From Eledone cirrhosa (lineage: Eukaryota): 64,000 nt of DNA. The number at the start of each line of letters is the position of its first letter. Within the stretch, counting starts at the first letter, position 1. The position numbers and the translations under genes were made by a program. The stretch covers positions 257,734,001 to 257,798,000 of the forward strand of contig OZ024743.1 in NCBI GenBank assembly GCA_964016885.1. The letters run 5' to 3'. The notes under the pieces are model-generated. The model saw only the letters and a list, made by a program, of their open reading frames with translations, had not been told where the DNA came from and did no database searches. Below are positions 57,563-64,000 of the stretch, piece after piece.

Positions 57563-59643
57563 AATGCCTAACCAAGGATGTCATATACTCATGCACCGTC
57601 ACGACTAATAACTCTTCAGAAACCTATGTAGGCTCCACTTCTAACTACTTCAAAATCAGATATAATTCGCACATCCACTCGTTCAAAAAGCACAGCCTAG
57701 CCAACTCCACCTCACTTTCTAGCTACATACACTATCTAAAATCTAAAAATAAATCATACACACTCAAATGGAAGTGATAGGCAGCGCGACCTCGTACAAA
57801 CCACCTAATAAATTCTGTAACCTCTGTATACTAGAGACACACAATATTATCTTCTCCAACCGTAACCTACTTAACAAAAAATCTGAGGTGTTTGCAACTT
57901 GCCAGCACCGCCTCAGACATTCCTTCCAAAACTTTAAGCCCAATATATAGCAAGGTCGGACTGGAACCTAACACCACATCTAGCATCAAACACCAGAGAC
58001 ACACCTTATACTACATACCCAACACTAACTGATCCATTATAACAAAAACAACGACATCCCTCTGGAACCCTTCGCAGGGAGAATACCCATTTATACCTCT
58101 ACGGCAGGTGTGACAACATCCACCCACTTGAACGGCACTATGCCGCTCTAAGGGTAATTTGAGCATGAATTGATCGGTTGGATAGTGTTGTGCAGAGGAA
58201 ACACCTTCCTTAGACGGATGTAAAATGATTTAATCGAGTAGCGCTGTTGACCAGTAGGACCGGACTGCTGAGCGCAGTGAGTGAATGCATTGCAACTGCC
58301 GGGCGGGTTGTACGTATATGGATGATCTGACGGTCAGAGAGGGGTCGCGAGGACTGCGGATTGACCTTTGGCGGCCTGACGATGATTATCTTTCGACATC
58401 AAATGTAGCAAGCGATGACCCAGATCTTACCAGAGATCATTGGGTCCTGAAGCAAGCCTGCAATCACCGCGCCTGGTCATATGAGCAGACTACAACCACA
58501 GAGATCATTAATTTAGAATCCTCGCTCATCATCTATAATTTCCATTTGTGGCACCTTAAGATGGGTTAATCCACCATAATAATATGATCACCTTCAGCAT
58601 AACTTAATTAAACTACTCTATAGTTAATACACTTTATGCTTTAAAAATCTCTCTTGGAAGATGCGCATCACCATAGAATTTAGGGTCTATATTGGCACAC
58701 ATTTTAATGGCTAGATATAGAAACCCCAGAGTTACCTCCCCGCATGCATTAACTCCCCTTGCCACACACACACACTTCCGGGCGGTATTCAATGGCGTTT
58801 CTAGAAACGTAACAACCTCCTGTATCGAACTAAAGAACACCAGACTACGATCTCTAACTGGATTGTCGTGGATTATGTGAAGGGCATATAATCGAAAAAT
58901 ACACTCCCCTGACCATGAAAATGCCGAAGTACATGAAATACTCGACATCCCTGCGCTGTGCATCTCCATTACTTATAACACTTTTAACGCTTGCACTATC
59001 TTTAATGCTTATAATATTTCTCCACACACAGACTATATCAATCATATAAAGAATTTGCCACCAGATCTACCAACCTAACACTCTTATTCACCTACCTAAG
59101 TGCCTCTACCACACATATCTCTCTGCCACACTATATAAACAAGACGCACATGCGTGCCACACATAACATTTGCACTATATAACCGCTTATCTTCATGTTG
59201 TATTTTAACCTATATTTTTGATTTTTGATTGTACCTATTAATATAAATGTAATCTCGAAGTGTGTACTGCCACTCTAAATTCTGTAATGAATGTTGACCC
59301 ACAATGTTTGAATATGTATCAATGTTTGAATATGTATTGGTATGTCTCTCGGCTGAAAAGGAGGTCATATAACTGTCCATGCATTAATAAATCGCTCCGA
59401 AGAATCCAAACCTCGGTTTGGAGGAAACAGCTGTAAGCACAATAATGTTTTGAACAGTTCTTTGATTCTTATATTTCATATAACTGCTCTGTAAATCATC
59501 TGATGTTTTTACATTGAGCTACTTAACTTACTGGTAATAAGGTAGTAATACAATACTGCCTACCACTATTTAGGGTGTGTGTAAAATACTTACAACTGCT
59601 TAAGGTCTTGTATTTACATAACCATAAATAGTATAACTAATAC
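57563..59643 (+). mobile_element. 5'-truncated Naiad-like PLE (GIY-YIG end + long 3' region)
   Basis: [12 protein letters not shown]...TYVGST...RYNSH...CNLCILE...TCQH; HHR-like motif at 59394-59438. Confidence 0.75.
59394..59438 (+). ncRNA. HHR with U4-to-C core change
   Basis: GCT-CCGAAGA-A-TCCAAAC-CTCG-GTTTGGA-G-GAAA-CAGCTG-TA-AGC. Confidence 0.65.
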
Positions 59644-59760
59644 TATACATATATATACATATATGTACATATACATATATATACATATATGTACATATAC
59701 ATATATGTACATATACATATATACATATACACATATATGTACATATACATATACATATAT

Positions 59761-60053
59761 GTGGGACGGGAACTGATTCTGGCTTGATTTCTACAGCTAG
59801 ATGCCCTTCCTAACACCAACCTCATTTACAGTGAGTGCTGAGTGCTTTTTTGCCGTGGCACCTCCACGACCACTTTGCAGTGGAATGATATGGACCCCAG
59901 TCCCTATCATCTCATTTCTACAGCTGAGTAAACTGGAGCAATGTGAAATAAAGTGTCTCGCTCAAGGAAACAACACATCACCCGGTCTGAGAATTGAACT
60001 CACAACCTTTCGATTGCAAGGCCAATGCTCTAACCACTAAGCCATGTGCCTCC
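59761..60053 (-). mobile_element. tRNA-derived SINE, same family as 1616-1959
   Basis: A/B boxes, CORE-like block, RTE-type tail. Confidence 0.85.
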
Positions 60054-60146
60054 ATGTATATACATATATGTACATATACATGTGCCTCCATATATATGCC
60101 TCCATATATGTGCCTCCATATATATATATGTACATATACATATATA

Positions 60147-60256
60147 TTTCAGAAATTCATATAATATTTTGCTTAAAGAACTTTGTACAATAAGAAATAT
60201 TATGTTGTCTGTATGGTAAATTCTATTCTATCACGTGTGTGTGTATATATATATAT

Positions 60257-60287
<31 letters not shown>

Positions 60288-60396
60288 TCTATATATACAC
60301 ACTCACATGATAGAATAGAATTTACCATACAGACAACATAATATTTCTTTATTGTGCGAAGTTCTTTAAGCAAACAATTATATCAATTTTCCGAAA
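60147..60396. repeat. Imperfect inverted repeat, ~100-bp arms around TA/CA microsatellite
   Basis: ATATTATGTTGTCTGTATGGTAAATTCTATTCTATCA and its reverse complement at ~60309-60345. Confidence 0.85.
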
Positions 60397-60614
60397 TTAT
60401 TTTTATTGCAATATCAGAACGAAAGCAGAAAACCCCAAAATGTTGCCGTAAAAACTCCAGTGGTCACTGCAATGAGCATTGAGTTGATGAAACCTCTCAA
60501 TTTTTACATGGGAAACTACGTGAAGATTAGTATTTTACATCTGACAGCAACTGAGGAGTAAATAAACCATAGTGCAAGCTGTTATGTATATTGTTAGAAG
60601 ACATTATTTTTACT

Positions 60615-60805
60615 AGGGTGGTGGATTGGCAGTATCGGTAGAGGGTCGGACGCCATGCTTTCCAGCATAGTTACGTCCCTTTACGATCTGAGTTCAAATC
60701 CCGCCGAGGTTGACTTTGCCTTTCATCCTTAAGGGTCGATAAAATAAAGTACCAGTAATGTACTGGATAATTGCTGGCCTTGTGCCTAAAGTAGAAACAA
60801 TTATT
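60615..60805 (+). mobile_element. SINE with tRNA-like head and Meta-like domain
   Basis: GAGTTCAAATC B box; GCCTTTCATCCT..GGGTCGATAAAATAAAGTACCAG; second copy at 61785. Confidence 0.7.
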
Positions 60806-60929
60806 TTTACTTTTATTACTAGTATTACTGCTTCAAACTCAGACAGATCGCATGTTATCAAATGTAATATACAGGAGCTGGTTATATCAAATGACCTTGA
60901 TCCTGCAGTTCACCCTCATTACTACATTC

Positions 60930-61560
60930 ATAGTACCCTTCATAAAATTCTGGCTGTTCCTAAGAGCACAATCTTTTGCAACTTAGTCTGAATTTCCACA
61001 CAAATCATTAAGATCCAATTTTGAATTTTCTTCATTACCACACTAAGGGCTCAAACATCAAATGGAGTAACTTCCACTCTGTTCATTTCCCAAATCCACA
61101 TCCTTTCGAATTTCAGTGGCTGATATTTATCTTCCTTCTAAACAACTCTGTCATCTCTTGGCAAGTCATGTTAAGTAAGAGGCTGCATTTTTTTCTTTAT
61201 CTACCAGTATCAGATCTGGTCTTCTTGCCGTGATTGTCCATCACATAAGACACTGAATTCCCAAAGAAGCTTTGTTTTTGCATTTTTCCAGCACTGCTTG
61301 AGACTTATGCTTATACCATTTCTCAGAACTTTGCAGCCAACAATTTCCAATGTGTAATGCATGCAACTTTGAGGCACCTCCTATTGTACCCCTGTACCCA
61401 AATCATGCATATACTATGTGGGTCATAGTTTTCCCTATACACCATACAATCTGGAGACTCCTGTGTGGTTAATATTGTATTTCTCATAATTTATGTGCAA
61501 TACCAGGTTCCTGAGATGCACAAAACAAGGCCCTTGTTCCATTTTTCAAATCTGATTGTT
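60930..61560 (-). mobile_element. Old R4/Dong-like LINE remnant (restriction-like endonuclease region)
   Basis: Degenerate WYKH..QAVLE...KLLWEF...TITARRPDLILVDK...IVLLGTARIL on the minus strand. Confidence 0.55.
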
Positions 61561-61784
61561 TTATCTGGGCAGTTTGGTGAATATGGTAATTAGCCCTTTC
61601 CCAAGATGTTAAGCTGTGTGATTGAACCAAAGACTTAATGATTGCATGATTGTAAACCTCTTAACCATTTGGTCATACTGCATCCCATATATGTGAAGCA
61701 TATATACAATACAATAATTACATCCCTAACACTAATTTTTATCACAGTAACATCTGTATTTGATCATTATTAAAACATTGTTAG

Positions 61785-61975
61785 GGCAGTGGATTGGATT
61801 GGCAGTATCGGTAGAGGGTCGGACGCCATGCTTTGATGCAAAAAGTTACGGCCCTTTCCATTCTGAGTTCAAATCCCGCCGAGGTTAACTTTCCCTTTCA
61901 TCCTTACGGGGTCGATAAAATAAAGTACCAGTAATACACTGGGATAATTGCTGGCCAAAAGTAGAAAAAATTATT
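61785..61975 (+). mobile_element. SINE, same family as 60615-60805
   Basis: Direct similarity between the two copies. Confidence 0.7.
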
Positions 61976-62059
61976 AAAACATTGTAAGAGAAAAAAAAAA
62001 TTACAAAATCTAGCACTAAAATATACTCAATTTACTTCTATTATTGCCCACCTCCCCCA

Positions 62060-62650
62060 CTAGAAGCAATACATCCCTACCACTGCCACCTTCACAACCA
62101 TCACTACTATTATTATCACAATCAGTACTACTACTACTAATACTACTACTACCAAATCATCAGCCCTAACATCACCACCTCTACCAACCACAATCCCCAT
62201 CCCTGAGAACACCACCAGCACAATCACCATCCCCACCGCAACTACTAACACAATCACTATCCCCACCCCCACTACAACAAATATAAATATCTGTCCAAAC
62301 AATTGATGATGTTATATATCTTGTAATTTCTACAACTGCAGATGTCAGTTGTCTTGTAATGGCCATCACAAAATTGTTGCCACTGAGGACACCATACTCA
62401 ATAACCTTACTGATCACTATCATAAACTGTTGTTGTTGTTGATACTTGTGATGATGTGGCTGTTATTTATGTTGATGTTATATTGTGTTGATGGTGGTGG
62501 TGGTGCGGTTCTTGTTATTGATGTTTGTGGTGGTGGTGTTGCTATTTTTGTTGTTGGTATTTGTAATGTGTTTTTATTGAGTACCATAGTTGTTATTTGT
62601 AATTGTAATGTGTTTTTGTGTGTGTTGTTGATATTAATGGTGTTGATGTT
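62060..62650. repeat. Degenerate trinucleotide low-complexity region (ACC/ACT then GTT/GGT)
   Basis: Composition only. Confidence 0.7.
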
Positions 62651-64000
62651 GCTTTTTTATAGTGTATTTTTTATATCTTTCTGATAAAATGCTTTCACTT
62701 TTTTTACAAAATAAACTGTCTCGATATTACGCATAGCCTGCAGGGAATAGCAAACCTGTCACTAGTTACATTATTTCATCGGTGAGACGTTAAAATATTT
62801 TAAAGGTAGCAAGCTAAGAGTTATTGGGGTCCAGAAAAAAATACAATGAACTTTTTAACCCTTTCATAACCATATCTGTAATAAAAAACACTATGATATG
62901 ATTATCATATTAATTTGATAATAAAAATTGAGAAGGATTTAGTACTACGACTGAGGTTCTCATTATTAAGTTGGTGTTTAGAACATAACTTATCAAAAGT
63001 TCTTACATAAAATTATAATGGAAGATCTTTTGATAAATATAAACAATACATTTTATACCAATCCACCCCAAATCACCTCTGGTTTGATAAAACCAAACAA
63101 CTAATTTTTAAGTAAACCTTCCAACATTATTTGATATAAAAACCTTTAGTTATGTTACAAATATCTTAATACTGAGATAATAATTTTAATAGATTTCTCT
63201 GAATCCTTCATTAATTAATTCAAATAAAATGTATTTCATTATAAAGCGGGCTCTAGCCCAGGTAAATATCCCCTCAATTCTGGTACTGGTTGGATTATCC
63301 AGAAGTGATGAGAAGAGACCAGACAGCCTTACCCTTTTGTCCTTGGGTAAGGGTCAGGTGTCTCATCTGGGATGCCACAGTCAATGACTCTTTTGCTCCC
63401 TCCTACATCATAGATGCTGCTTCCATTGCCAAATGGAATAAAATCTGAAAATACCAGGAACTATCAAACAATTATTTTTGCCAGCCTGTGGCATTCAGAT
63501 GTTTAGTGGAGTTGTGTTGCTGATAAGCAAAATTTTTGTCATTATTGGCAGCTCACCTTACTGAGGTGTTAGGTGATGTCATTTAGGGTGTCTGGTTGTT
63601 TCAATGATTCAGCCTCGCCCTCACCAGTGGTAATGCTGTAAGTGCATAGGTTTGCATAAAAAACATCTATGATGTGTGGCTGATTGTTGCACTTGGTTTT
63701 GAATTGATGGTTTTTTTTGTTTCCCTTTTTTTCTTCTTTCTCTTGCTCTGATTGTATAGTTTGGTGCATTGTATTTATGAGGTTCCTAGCAATGGATAAT
63801 TGTATTTATTATACATGTTTTAATTGTGTTTATATTTTCATTCTGTAAGAACTGAACAATTTGTAATGCTATTAACACAACTGAATAAAATTTAAAATAT
63901 TTATAAATTTAAGACCAAAAGGATTAAAACATTTTCTTGCCATATTAATAATGAAAGACACTGCCTGTGATTTTCAAATAATTTTGAAAATAATCAAGAC

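Noticed and set aside
62700-64000. Possible host exon
   Set aside because: Only short ORFs with no recognisable domain; cannot be supported.

Overview
Gene-free, repeat-saturated eukaryotic DNA. The SINE and RTE tails and the (TA)n load resemble octopus/cephalopod genomes, which is an inference. Long imperfect (TA)n tracts, the source of all the 'IYIY' ORFs, separate a dense series of retroelement insertions: several RTE-clade LINEs, one near-intact CR1-like LINE, at least five Penelope-like elements (PLEs), tRNA-derived SINEs, a mariner fragment and an R4/Dong-like remnant. The main unannotated signal is about 35-40 type I hammerhead ribozyme (HHR) motifs, read by eye. Most lie in non-coding tandem or circularly permuted units resembling retrozymes: a near-identical 310-bp array with 18 HHRs that inverts in its middle (31037-36828), a related ~320-bp array with U3-A8 variant HHRs (38385-39640), and a ~525-535-bp family inserted three times. 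The 310-bp array and the three ~530-bp insertions share one geometry: two oppositely oriented arms whose 3' ends run into (TA)n. This suggests twin-primed reverse transcription of circular or multimeric ribozyme RNAs at TA microsatellites, plausibly by PLE machinery. Element boundaries next to TA tracts are approximate.
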